Assembly: GCA_017962125.1 (NCBI GenBank) | Contig: JAGCVZ010000008.1 | Coordinates: forward strand, 10,677 to 74,676 | Reading direction: 5' to 3' | DNA: 64,000 bases | Source of the DNA: Alphaproteobacteria bacterium | GTDB lineage: Bacteria > Pseudomonadota > Alphaproteobacteria > Rs-D84 | In this document: piece by piece, positions 44,654 to 53,991 of the stretch | Numbering within the stretch: the first letter of the stretch is position 1 | Layout: the number at the start of each line of letters is the position of its first letter | Position numbers and translations under genes: made by a program | The notes under the pieces: generated by a model | Databases searched by the model: none | The model's input: the letters and a program-made list of their open reading frames with translations, nothing else | What the model was told of the DNA's origin: nothing

Positions 44654-45460
44654 TTAAAAAGCGTAAGGTTTTGCAGCAAAATTATCTTGAGATTGTTGCA
44701 CATTCAAAGCACTATCTTCGGCTTGTTTGCCACAGTCAACCAATTCTAATTCCCCAGAATACGCATTCATTACTGGGTCAAAAGAATTATCAGAACTTGC
44801 CCAACTTGTACTACCTGCATTCGGGATACCGTACTTGTTAATCACATCTTGCCACCAAAGCATAGTTTTTTTATTACGTTGATTTTCAAATTTCTCCGCG
44901 TCACCTTCGATTTCATCTGTGTCGTTTTTGTAAACAATTTTCCATACAACATTGTCTGTCGCATTACTTGTAAAGAATACGTCAATCGTTTCCCCTGTTA
45001 TGTTGCGCACCAAGTGCAATTCCGCTAGGTACAAAACACCACGATTTCGTGCAAGCGAATATATGCATTTTTCAAGTTGAGCCGGTGCATAGATTTTTTC
45101 CCCACGACATTCGTAATCAAGGTTATATTTCCAATCAGGGTGTATAGAATATACAACACTGTTTTTTGGACGTTCAACATAAAGACCATTATTATCAACG
45201 GCAAATTTTACATCATCAAAATTCATCCCAAGCATAATTCCTGCAATATCAAAATCGCCCACGGCTAATGGCACTGCGCCGGCGTTTAATGACAAATTGT
45301 CCAAGCTGCATCCAATGTCACTGCTGGTTGGGGTTTCGATATTGTAATTATCATAATCAACATTGTCATCAGCCAAGACATCTTGAAAATCGTCTGCATG
45401 CGCATGCGCGGATAACAAGCAGGCAAAAATTCCAATAATAATTTTTCTCATCATTGTCAT
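44654..45460 (-). CDS. Secreted/periplasmic protein, unknown function
   Basis: 268 aa. Signal peptide 'MRKIIIGIFACLLSAHAHA'. 4-nt overlap with the upstream ORF and a 2-nt gap to yraN. Confidence 0.55.
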   Translation of the reverse strand: MTMMRKIIIGIFACLLSAHAHADDFQDVLADDNVDYDNYNIETPTSSDIGCSLDNLSLNAGAVPLAVGDFDIAGIMLGMNFDDVKFAVDNNGLYVERPKNSVVYSIHPDWKYNLDYECRGEKIYAPAQLEKCIYSLARNRGVLYLAELHLVRNITGETIDVFFTSNATDNVVWKIVYKNDTDEIEGDAEKFENQRNKKTMLWWQDVINKYGIPNAGSTSWASSDNSFDPVMNAYSGELELVDCGKQAEDSALNVQQSQDNFAAKPYAF

Positions 45461-46122
45461 TTCTCTTCGACTAAAACCCTTTGAACCCTAAAAAAGAAAA
45501 CGAGTGCCGGATCAATGCCACGTTGCAATGCTGCTTGGACGTTTTCAATCGGTTGTTTTATATCCCCAATACGTTTGACCCAATCATCACCCCCAAGATC
45601 AAGATATATTACGCCACGTGTTATTGTCGGATTTTCAGACATATCATTTGGTTTATACCAAGTTTTTAATTCATAATCAACCCTCCAATAATCACTTGAT
45701 GCGGGTTTATAGATTGCATCAAAAACAATAACGTTGCGTCGCACCCCTTGTGACGATAATTGCTGAATTTTTGGTAATTCCTTTTTTTCCCAATAATCCA
45801 GTGCCGCCGGCGCAGACATTATGTATAAAGGCGGGTTATACCTTTTTTCTGTGCGACGAGTGATGTTTTCTTTATCTGGGACTATATAAAAATATTCTGT
45901 AACATATTTCTGGATAAGCCAATTTCGTAATTTACTTTTCCCTATTTCATCCCAAGATTTTGGCATTCCTGGCAAATCGTTTGATTGGGTGCTTGTACGC
46001 AAGAAATACGTTTCAACTTCGAACTTATCACTTGTGTCATAGATAGACGCGGCAACATAAATTGCACCAAAAACCATAATTATTGTCATAAAGCCAAATA
46101 AAAATCCAATCAGTTTTTTCAT
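45457..46122 (-). CDS. Bitopic membrane protein, possible VirB8/NTF2-like fold
   Basis: 221 aa. N-terminal TM segment 'LIGFLFGFMTIIMVFGAIYVAA' followed by a ~190-aa periplasmic domain ('WLIQKYVTEYFYI'). ATGA overlap on both sides. Confidence 0.35.
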   Translation of the reverse strand: MKKLIGFLFGFMTIIMVFGAIYVAASIYDTSDKFEVETYFLRTSTQSNDLPGMPKSWDEIGKSKLRNWLIQKYVTEYFYIVPDKENITRRTEKRYNPPLYIMSAPAALDYWEKKELPKIQQLSSQGVRRNVIVFDAIYKPASSDYWRVDYELKTWYKPNDMSENPTITRGVIYLDLGGDDWVKRIGDIKQPIENVQAALQRGIDPALVFFFRVQRVLVEEK

Positions 46123-46832
46123 TGCGATTCCCTATAAGCTTTGAAATCCGCCACATAAAAACCAAGTGTTTGTGGATAACGTTCTATATCATATGCAATT
46201 TTGACATAGGCGATAACATCAAAATCCCCATTTAGATTTGATTGTACACGCGCCCTAACAATCCATGTGCCACCATTGGCAGAATTCGCATTCTTGTTCC
46301 TTTCGCCGCTTGAAATAGTGATTTTATCCGAATTTACAAACCAACGTTGCCCCATAGATTCATATTCTTTATACATCGGCAAAACATTATCCGCAAAATT
46401 TCGATACATGTTGTCACCAGCCATACAATAAATATCGCAACCAATATCAGTTTCAAAAGTGTTGCTAACGCGATCTGTACACGCTGTGGCTCTGTCACAT
46501 TGCATCCAGTTCTTGCTGTTTACCCCAGGATTATCAGAAATAGTAAACCATTTTTTTGTGAAAATCCCCGCTAAGGCCCGTTGCATAGAGTCATAATATG
46601 GAACGACTATATTAGGTCTTACTTGCCCGACCATTTCCCATTTACCATGCATACCGTCAACATAAATCACATAAGGACTAACCGTGCGGTTATTTTGCAA
46701 GTATGGTATAGCAATGCAACACGCAACAACCAAAAAGAAAGCAACCATTACCCACACGCCAAAGGTGCGCGAAATCGCGATTCTTTTCCCGGCGGGAAAC
46801 GCGGGTGTATTAAAATCTTCTGGGTAATCCAA
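46119..46832 (-). CDS. VirB8-like bitopic inner-membrane protein
   Basis: 237 aa. ~25-aa cytoplasmic N-terminus, TM segment 'FGVWVMVAFFLVVACCIAI', then 'SPYVIYVDGMHG'. The C-terminal 'TLGFYVADFKAYRE' resembles the VirB8 'NPLGFxVxxYRxD' ending. Confidence 0.45.
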   Translation of the reverse strand: MDYPEDFNTPAFPAGKRIAISRTFGVWVMVAFFLVVACCIAIPYLQNNRTVSPYVIYVDGMHGKWEMVGQVRPNIVVPYYDSMQRALAGIFTKKWFTISDNPGVNSKNWMQCDRATACTDRVSNTFETDIGCDIYCMAGDNMYRNFADNVLPMYKEYESMGQRWFVNSDKITISSGERNKNANSANGGTWIVRARVQSNLNGDFDVIAYVKIAYDIERYPQTLGFYVADFKAYRESQ

Positions 46833-46860
46833 TATTCCCCCCTACGCGGTGTCACGCCCA

Positions 46861-47007
46861 CTATGCGCGATAGACCATGATGCATGCGCATGGACTAAGT
46901 TTCAATTCGTTTGTATCATATCCGATTCCAACCGGTTCGCGGTCATAAATTTGACCACACCCGGCAAGTGTCAGCCCCAAAAATATGGCAACTAAAAACT
47001 TTTTCAT
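46861..47007 (-). CDS. Small lipoprotein (VirB7-like by size and position)
   Basis: ATG at 47007 behind GGAGAAAG. 'MKKFLVAIFLGLTLAGCG' lipobox. 48 aa. First gene of the operon. Confidence 0.45.
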   Translation of the reverse strand: MKKFLVAIFLGLTLAGCGQIYDREPVGIGYDTNELKLSPCACIMVYRA

Positions 47008-47085
47008 CACTTTCTCCCTTTGCTTTTCTTGATTATAAAAAATTTTCTTGTCGCCGGTCAAGTGTAAATACGAAACCTAAAACAC

Positions 47086-47113
47086 TTGAAATTTGGAAAA
47101 AATGTCCTATAAT
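47086..47113 (+). promoter_or_regulatory. Sigma70-like promoter of the aspS leader
   Basis: TTGAAA (47086-91), 16 nt, TATAAT (47108-13). Confidence 0.55.
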
Positions 47114-47119
47114 GAAAAA

Positions 47120-47396
47120 CGAAAGCCGATAATCCACTAACAATGGGGAGGCGGAAGAAGAACGGCGGCAAGATACTTGCGCTCATTAGAACTTCCCGGG
47201 ATTGCCCGTTACAGCAAACGACTCTTTAATGGTATGGCGAATCCAGCGAGAGTTAAAAAGGCAACATTGGCGACAGTGTTGTAAAACAAGGTGGCACCGC
47301 GTTGGTGTTGTGTATTCTGAAATACGATATGCACGATATTTAACGTCCTTGTGTTCTTATTATCAGCAGTAATAACGAAACATAAAGGAGGTTAAA
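47120..47396 (+). promoter_or_regulatory. T-box riboswitch leader with SD-sequestering expression platform
   Basis: 'AAACAAGGUGGCACCGCG' matches the T-box consensus. Antiterminator-type fold: acaagg/ccttgt, a 7-nt bulge UGGCACC, and gcgtt/aacgt. F-box-like 'CCGUUA' at 47206-11. The 3' strand 'aacgtcctt' (47342-50) can instead pair with the SD 'aaggaggtt' (47385-93). Confidence 0.6.
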
Positions 47397-48713
47397 ATGT
47401 CAATGATAAGAACGCATATCGCCGAAATTCCACAAAAGATTGGCGAAACAATAACTGTCAAAGGTCACGCGCAAACAATACGCGCGCAATCGGGTGTTGC
47501 GTTTATTGTCCTGCGTGAAATAACTGGAACTGTTCAATGTGTTGTTGAGCGGGGAACGTCGGTCTTTGAAACAGTAAAAAAAATCACAACGGAATCTGTC
47601 ATTTCCGTAACAGGAACCGTTGTAAAAACATCCAGTACGGAATCGGGTTATGAAATCCACGTGTCCGAATTGGAAATAATATCACTGGCGGAGGCGACAC
47701 CGATACCAGTAACCACAAAAGGCAGTGCCGAAGTCACACCGGAAAAATCGCAAGATTGGCGTTTCTTGTCGTTGCGTTCACCGCGCAGTGCGACAATCAT
47801 GCGCGCTTTTTCTGCAATGACAGCGGGTTATCATGAATATCTGGAAAAACAAGGTTTCATTGAAATCCAAACACCAAAAATCATGGCAACACCGTCTGAA
47901 TCCAAGGCCGAATTATTCAAACTTGAATACTTTGGGCAAACGGCATACCTTGCGCAATCGCCCCAGTTGTTCAAACAGATGGCAATAGCAAGTGGCCTTG
48001 AACGCGTGTTCGAAGTCGCACCAGCATTCCGTGCGGATAAATCTTTCACAACTCGTCATGCAACCGAATTCACATGTTACGATGTTGAAATGGGTTACAT
48101 TGAAAGTTTTGAAGAAGTGATGACAGAATTGGAACAAACGATACGCTATATGCTGACATCAATAAAAAAGACGTGTGGCAAAGAAATCGAAAAGTATTTC
48201 GGTATCACAGAGTTCCAGTTAAAAAAGCCGATTCCACGTATAACCATGGCGCGTGCCAAAGAAATCTTGCGTGAAATGGGTGTTGCATCAGAACAGCCGG
48301 ATCTTACCACGGCGGAAGAAAAGGCACTGGGCGAATACGTGCGGGAACACTTTGGTTCAGAATTCGTCTATGTCACCGAATGGCCATGGGAGGCGCGTCC
48401 GTTCTATCACAAGAAAGGCATTGGTGAACACGGTGAACCGATATCTGTTTCGGCCGACTTGTTATACAAGGGTGTCGAAATTGTGACATGCGCCCAACGT
48501 GAAGAATCCTATAGCAAACTGTGTGAACAATTGCGCGAAAAGGGTTTGCACCAAGAAGGTCTGCAGTGGTATCTGGAATGCTTCCGCTATGGCATGCCGC
48601 CACATGGTGGTTGGGGGTTTGGTGGCGCACGGTTTATAAAACAGTTGTTGGAATTACCAACAATCCGTGAAGCGATGTTTTTATTCCGTGGACCGACACG
48701 CTTGATGCCCTAA
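47397..48713 (+). CDS. aspS: Aspartyl-tRNA synthetase, archaeal/eukaryal type (no GAD insertion)
   Basis: 438 aa. N-terminal OB fold, class-II motif 2 'FRADKSFTTRHATEFTCYDVEM', motif 3 'GGWGFGGARF', and C-terminal 'FRGPTRLMP' (the AspRS 'FPRD..RL.P' ending). Far shorter than the ~590-aa bacterial type. Confidence 0.85.
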   Translation: MSMIRTHIAEIPQKIGETITVKGHAQTIRAQSGVAFIVLREITGTVQCVVERGTSVFETVKKITTESVISVTGTVVKTSSTESGYEIHVSELEIISLAEATPIPVTTKGSAEVTPEKSQDWRFLSLRSPRSATIMRAFSAMTAGYHEYLEKQGFIEIQTPKIMATPSESKAELFKLEYFGQTAYLAQSPQLFKQMAIASGLERVFEVAPAFRADKSFTTRHATEFTCYDVEMGYIESFEEVMTELEQTIRYMLTSIKKTCGKEIEKYFGITEFQLKKPIPRITMARAKEILREMGVASEQPDLTTAEEKALGEYVREHFGSEFVYVTEWPWEARPFYHKKGIGEHGEPISVSADLLYKGVEIVTCAQREESYSKLCEQLREKGLHQEGLQWYLECFRYGMPPHGGWGFGGARFIKQLLELPTIREAMFLFRGPTRLMP

Positions 48714-48716
48714 AAC

Positions 48717-48744
48717 AAAAGCCCGCACACGCGGGCTTTTGTTT
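48717..48744. terminator. Bidirectional intrinsic terminator
   Basis: 'aaaa gcccgc acac gcgggc ttttgttt'. Confidence 0.75.
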
Positions 48745-48750
48745 ATCAGT

Positions 48751-50607
48751 TTAACGATGTTTCTTGACGGTGATTACGCCGCGCGTATTGTTTATGTAAT
48801 CCCAATGTTCTTTCAACACATCGCGCGGAATATACGAACGCAACGTATCCTTTTTTTCTTCCAGTTTTTCTGGATACACAGCGGCATCCATCCAACCAAA
48901 ATCTGCCTCCAACTGCGCCATAGCTAAACGGCAAATTTCTGGATATTTCCGTTTTACCGAAGATTTAATGCCTTCCAATGACATCGGGTCCTTGGTCACA
49001 GCCCTTCTGCATAACCATAGATTTTGCAATTGAACCACTTCCGGAACTTGCTTAATTCTATATGGATACTCGGTAATTGCTATCCAACAAACGCCGGGAT
49101 GTTCTTTTTTCACTTTATTTGGGACATCGTCAAGGTTATATTTGGCTTTCATAACCGCAATTTTGCACATTTCATAAGTTCTAAAACGTGGCGGAACACT
49201 TGAAAGGTCACTCATGTTATCACTCAAAAACGCGTTCTTATAATGTTCAATCGTTACATATCGTGCCGGTGCGTACGGGGCCAACCAAGGCGCATCGGTC
49301 AATACCCGGATCCAATTATCACGTGTTTGAATTTTTTTGGGAAACTTTCGTAATAATGGGGGACATTTTGATAGTAATTGTTCGTATAAATCTGGATTTT
49401 TATCAAAAACGGCCTGTGGGATTTTTTCATATGCCTTTGCCCCAAATTTTTCAATCGCCGCAACACAGATTTCTGGATGTGCAATTAAAACATCAGTATT
49501 GACATATTTCATCAATTCAAGGTGTTCGCATACCAGTTCTGATAACAACTCTGTATTTTTATCTTGTAATTCTTTACATAATCCCCGCAGGTTTAATCCT
49601 GGAATTGGTCCGTGCGCCCACGGTACAAAACACCAACTGTGTTCATGTGGATCTTTCGTTAATTTTTCCACGCATGTTCCTGGTATTAACATTTGCACAG
49701 ATGGTTTAACGGCCCCCAAACCAATTTTTCCGGTTTTAAGTGCCGTTTCAACCAAATCAACCAATTCTTTCTGTTCCGTTGCGTATAAATACGCCAACAT
49801 TTCGGGATGTTTTTGCGCCATACTACGTGTAATGTCGCGCAATTTTTGCTGTTCTGTTGCGGATAAATACGACCATATTTCGTAATTTTTGCCTGCCACG
49901 TCACGTATAACATCAAAATGATTTTTTCGAAAATCTTTCGGCAATTTTTTAATATGTTCAGGGTGCTTTAATAAAATTGCACCAACCTTGTCCGGGTTGC
50001 TATCCACCCATTTGGCAGACACAGTTTCTAATGTAAGTGTGCTGTCAAAAATATTTGGGAATTTTTCGAATATAGATTTATTTAATGCATCAAAAATTAT
50101 TTTTTCCCGTTTTTCGGTGCTGAAATCAACATCATCAGTCATTATTTGATGATAGTGGCTTACCGCGGTTTCACAGACCCGTTGGTCTGCCATTTGAACT
50201 TCAACCGGCACAAATTGCAATGTTCGCCAATCATATTTTGCTGATGCAATGCAAACATCAACCGTCCGGAATTTTTCCGGCACATATTTTATCACAGGAT
50301 CAAAATATTTATATTCATCATCATAATAAGTGGTTCCGTCCGGATCACTCATAGACTCGACAGAACGAACATATTTTTTCTTTGGATTGGCACTAACGGC
50401 GATTTTGCATAAATTTTCATCTACAAATTTTGGGTATTTTTCTAGGAACCACTTAAAAAATTCATAATCGCCGGCGGCCTTTTTCATTGCTGCACAACAC
50501 ATTTTATCATTCAATTCATCTGCGGGTATTTTATCTATGTAATATGCATCACGTGCAATATTTGCAATGTGTTTTTTTGAAATATAATCATCATATGATG
50601 TCGACAT
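48751..50607 (-). CDS. DUF4116-like repeat protein (effector-like)
   Basis: 618 aa with many copies of a '(T/N).(E/D).C..A(V/I)...P..(L/I)..(V/F)P' unit, e.g. 'TVDVCIASAKYDWRTLQFVP', 'TYEMCKIAVMKAKYNLDDVP', 'NLWLCRRAVTKDPMSL', 'PEICVAAIEKFG'. Confidence 0.5.
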   Translation of the reverse strand: MSTSYDDYISKKHIANIARDAYYIDKIPADELNDKMCCAAMKKAAGDYEFFKWFLEKYPKFVDENLCKIAVSANPKKKYVRSVESMSDPDGTTYYDDEYKYFDPVIKYVPEKFRTVDVCIASAKYDWRTLQFVPVEVQMADQRVCETAVSHYHQIMTDDVDFSTEKREKIIFDALNKSIFEKFPNIFDSTLTLETVSAKWVDSNPDKVGAILLKHPEHIKKLPKDFRKNHFDVIRDVAGKNYEIWSYLSATEQQKLRDITRSMAQKHPEMLAYLYATEQKELVDLVETALKTGKIGLGAVKPSVQMLIPGTCVEKLTKDPHEHSWCFVPWAHGPIPGLNLRGLCKELQDKNTELLSELVCEHLELMKYVNTDVLIAHPEICVAAIEKFGAKAYEKIPQAVFDKNPDLYEQLLSKCPPLLRKFPKKIQTRDNWIRVLTDAPWLAPYAPARYVTIEHYKNAFLSDNMSDLSSVPPRFRTYEMCKIAVMKAKYNLDDVPNKVKKEHPGVCWIAITEYPYRIKQVPEVVQLQNLWLCRRAVTKDPMSLEGIKSSVKRKYPEICRLAMAQLEADFGWMDAAVYPEKLEEKKDTLRSYIPRDVLKEHWDYINNTRGVITVKKHR

Positions 50608-50679
50608 AACATATCCTTTGAGTTATTTGACAACATTCTCTACTATCCTAGAGTTTGTACTCGTAAGTTCTAACTATAC

Positions 50680-51684
50680 TTACCGTTCAAGCTTGCCTGC
50701 ATGTCTAATCAATTCTTTTGGCAATGACACATAAACCTGGGCAAGTTTTGTTTTTACCGCTTTTGTGTCTTGCTGCAGATTTTTATATTGAGGTTGTGCA
50801 AGCATATGTTGAATTGCCGTAGTAGAATAAGCATAGTGCAATTTTAACGACAATGGTGGACAATAGGCCTGCAACTCCGTCAAAACCAATTCAATAAATT
50901 CACGTGGTCTATCATGTTCTGCAGATATATAATACTGCTCAAGTTGCAAACAAGAAGCCAAAGGCCCGCATGCTGCTATATTTAATGAACAAAACGGATT
51001 ACCGTAAGCAGATTTAGTTCTGATTTTTTCTGGAAAATATGTCACCAAATTAGAATATTTTTCAATTTGGTCAAAATGGTTTGCAAATTTTTGCACCATA
51101 GCAGTACTACACCATCCGTCTGGGGCAAAAGCCTTAAATCCGTGGATCGCAAAGTTTTCAAGATCATGTTGTATATTGTGCATAACTTCGGTAAAATCGT
51201 CCATTTGTTTTTTATCTTTGGCATGCTTATGTATTTTATCCGCACATTCGGTATCTAAATAATTATGCATACCACAGAGTGCACCATACAATGGACCAAG
51301 CGAAAATACCTGATGCTGTAACACGTCGTAATCCGCACAAAAAATAAAACCTTCTTCTGTAACAAAAGAATCTGCATTGTTGTATATATAAAATGTAACA
51401 TCCCCCATTGGACTCCAATCACCGTTTATAGGAGACCGAAAACCATACTTTACGTCCAAATCAGGCTTGTTTTTAGATATGGCGGCAAGCGACTTTTTTT
51501 GTGTGTGCAATCTGTTATTGTATACGGTTTTTTCTTTGCGCAAACTTTTGACACTCTCAACTTGTTCCTGCAGTTCACCAAGATACGCGGCAACACATGC
51601 AACAGCATCTTGTTTACGAGAAAAATGATTCAGAAGATTAGGCATCTTATAACCTTTATTGTTTTGTCTCCTCCTCCCGTACAA
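50680..51684 (-). CDS. Hypothetical protein
   Basis: 334-aa ORF. No motif recognised. Confidence 0.5.
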   Translation of the reverse strand: MYGRRRQNNKGYKMPNLLNHFSRKQDAVACVAAYLGELQEQVESVKSLRKEKTVYNNRLHTQKKSLAAISKNKPDLDVKYGFRSPINGDWSPMGDVTFYIYNNADSFVTEEGFIFCADYDVLQHQVFSLGPLYGALCGMHNYLDTECADKIHKHAKDKKQMDDFTEVMHNIQHDLENFAIHGFKAFAPDGWCSTAMVQKFANHFDQIEKYSNLVTYFPEKIRTKSAYGNPFCSLNIAACGPLASCLQLEQYYISAEHDRPREFIELVLTELQAYCPPLSLKLHYAYSTTAIQHMLAQPQYKNLQQDTKAVKTKLAQVYVSLPKELIRHAGKLER

Positions 51685-51732
51685 TCTGTTCTGATGGTAC
51701 TAAATTTTTCATACAAGTCAAATATTTTGTGA

Positions 51733-53991
51733 TTAAAACTGTGTTTCAAACGAAAGCAAGAAGCGGCGTTCGCGGTCGTGCGGACCGGTTTTCAGTGGCC
51801 AACCCCAACTGAAATTCATTGGCCCCATCGGCGTATTCCAATATATACCAACACCGGCCGATGTACGAAGCCCCGTTTCAATATAATTCGGTTGCCCAAG
51901 GTAAGTATCTTCGCGTGCTGGCGGCTTGCCCAAAATACCGTAATCCATAAACACAAAACCCTTTATCTGATATTCGTCGGGAATAAAGATTGGAAAATTT
52001 AACTGTGTTGAACCGTTCGCCTTCCACATGCCGCCCAATGAATAAGACTGATATGCCCAATTACGACTGCCTACGCCGGCGATATCAAACCCACGCAATG
52101 ATTCACCACCCAAAAAGTAGCGGTATACACGTGGAACATAATCACCACCAATCGGCTGAATATAACCAAATTCCAGTGATGAACGTAATTGCCACCGGTC
52201 GTCCCAGAAATTCACCATGCCAATCACGTCAGCATTATACCGGAAAAATTCTTCTGTGCCACCGAACCCAGTATATGCCACACCGATATTCCCAACAATA
52301 CCAGTATGCGTATTTTGTTCAAAATTCGTATTCAAATTATGATATTTCCAATAAGTGCCAAGAGTATATAATGTTGCATCACGCCAACCACCTTCTTGCA
52401 AATCATAATTTTGATCGAATGATGCCGATAAACGTAACGTCTGAGACCAATGATCGGTCAATCGCCACCCAAGGCGCCCCGCCACAGTAAGTGAATCGCG
52501 GTCATATCCAAAACCACCAAGTCTTTTATAGTTATACATTGTATAAGATACATCAAATCCAGCAGACAATTCGCGTCCAAATAAGAACGGTTCGGTAAAA
52601 CTAAATAATGCCTGTTTTTGATACTGGGCAATCGAAGCGCGTAACTGAACCGTTTGTCCGCGCCCCATAAAATTATTTTCCGTAATTCCCGCATCAACCA
52701 TAAACCCATTTATATTCGACCAACCAAATCCACCAGATAATTCACCTGTTGGTTGTTCTTCGACTTTGATATCCAGGTTCATCATGTTTGCATCAGGAAT
52801 TCTACTTGGCACCATTTGTACATCTTTGAAATAGCGCGTACGCATCAAACGCTGACGACCCTGCTCAATAGTCTGCAGTGAAAATGGATCGCCCGCGCGC
52901 ATAGGAATTAATTGGTTTATCACAGAATCAAACGTGCGAACATTACCCAATATATTGATAGAATTCAAATAAATTCGATTTGTTTTTTGTATTTTGAATT
53001 TTAAATCAATCGTACGCGTGTCATCGTTCTTTTGTGGAATTGGATCAACACTTATGAACGCATAACCATAGTCCGCAACCGCACCGCGAATGTTGGAAAT
53101 AGTCGCCTCTACGGCATCAACATTGTACGTATCACCAGTGGAAACTTTCATAATACTAAACAGTTCTGAATTCGCCACATCCGAAAAAGGGTTATCCAAT
53201 TCGACTTTGCCAATTTTATATTTTTCACCTTCGTCTACATTGAAAACAACCGAATAAAATTGCCTGTCGGGCGTAAAAGTTCCCTTGGCGTTTTTAACCT
53301 GAAAATCGACATAGCCATTACGCAGATAGAACTGGCGTAACATTTGCTGGTCATATTGGATTCTATCTTCGTCATATACATCAAATTGTGACATAAAACG
53401 CCACCATGCATGTTCGCGCGAAAGAATTTCACCACGCAATGTTCTGTCGCTAAAACGGTCATTCCCTTCAAATTCAATAGATTCAATGTATGTCGGATGC
53501 CCTTCGGTAATCTCATAGACAACGTTCACGCGATTATCATCTAACAAGATTTTCTGCGGTTCGATTTTCGTTCCAAAGAACCCCTTGCGTTGGTACACCG
53601 TAAGCATACGACCAACATCCGCCCCAACAACAGATTCATCAAATGCGGAACGCTCAGATAACTTTATTTCTTTTTTTAAATCATCAGTTGAAACTTCGTC
53701 ATTACCTTCGACGGTAACCTGATTTACAATCGGGGATTCTGTGATTTTTATCTCCAACGTGTCACCAACGGTTTTAACAGAAACCTTTGAAAAATACCCA
53801 CTTTCTTGGAGTTTTTTTGCAATTTTGTTTGCGCGTTCAGCACTAACATCTTCCCCGACTTTTACATCGGCAAGTATTCTGATTGATTCCGCGTCCATAC
53901 GCCTATTCCCTGAAACATTTATACGCGAAACACCAGCATGTGCAACGCCGACTGACAACAGTGTCAAACAAAAAACAATTTTTTTCATCAT
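51733..53991 (-). CDS. bamA: Outer-membrane protein assembly factor BamA
   Basis: Signal peptide 'MMKKIVFCLTLLSVGVAHA', POTRA repeats ('I..I.V.GN.R'), a C-terminal barrel with 'YFLGGESLRGF', and a terminal '...FETQF'. ATGA overlap with the rseP stop; ATG at 53991. Confidence 0.95.
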   Translation of the reverse strand: MMKKIVFCLTLLSVGVAHAGVSRINVSGNRRMDAESIRILADVKVGEDVSAERANKIAKKLQESGYFSKVSVKTVGDTLEIKITESPIVNQVTVEGNDEVSTDDLKKEIKLSERSAFDESVVGADVGRMLTVYQRKGFFGTKIEPQKILLDDNRVNVVYEITEGHPTYIESIEFEGNDRFSDRTLRGEILSREHAWWRFMSQFDVYDEDRIQYDQQMLRQFYLRNGYVDFQVKNAKGTFTPDRQFYSVVFNVDEGEKYKIGKVELDNPFSDVANSELFSIMKVSTGDTYNVDAVEATISNIRGAVADYGYAFISVDPIPQKNDDTRTIDLKFKIQKTNRIYLNSINILGNVRTFDSVINQLIPMRAGDPFSLQTIEQGRQRLMRTRYFKDVQMVPSRIPDANMMNLDIKVEEQPTGELSGGFGWSNINGFMVDAGITENNFMGRGQTVQLRASIAQYQKQALFSFTEPFLFGRELSAGFDVSYTMYNYKRLGGFGYDRDSLTVAGRLGWRLTDHWSQTLRLSASFDQNYDLQEGGWRDATLYTLGTYWKYHNLNTNFEQNTHTGIVGNIGVAYTGFGGTEEFFRYNADVIGMVNFWDDRWQLRSSLEFGYIQPIGGDYVPRVYRYFLGGESLRGFDIAGVGSRNWAYQSYSLGGMWKANGSTQLNFPIFIPDEYQIKGFVFMDYGILGKPPAREDTYLGQPNYIETGLRTSAGVGIYWNTPMGPMNFSWGWPLKTGPHDRERRFLLSFETQF

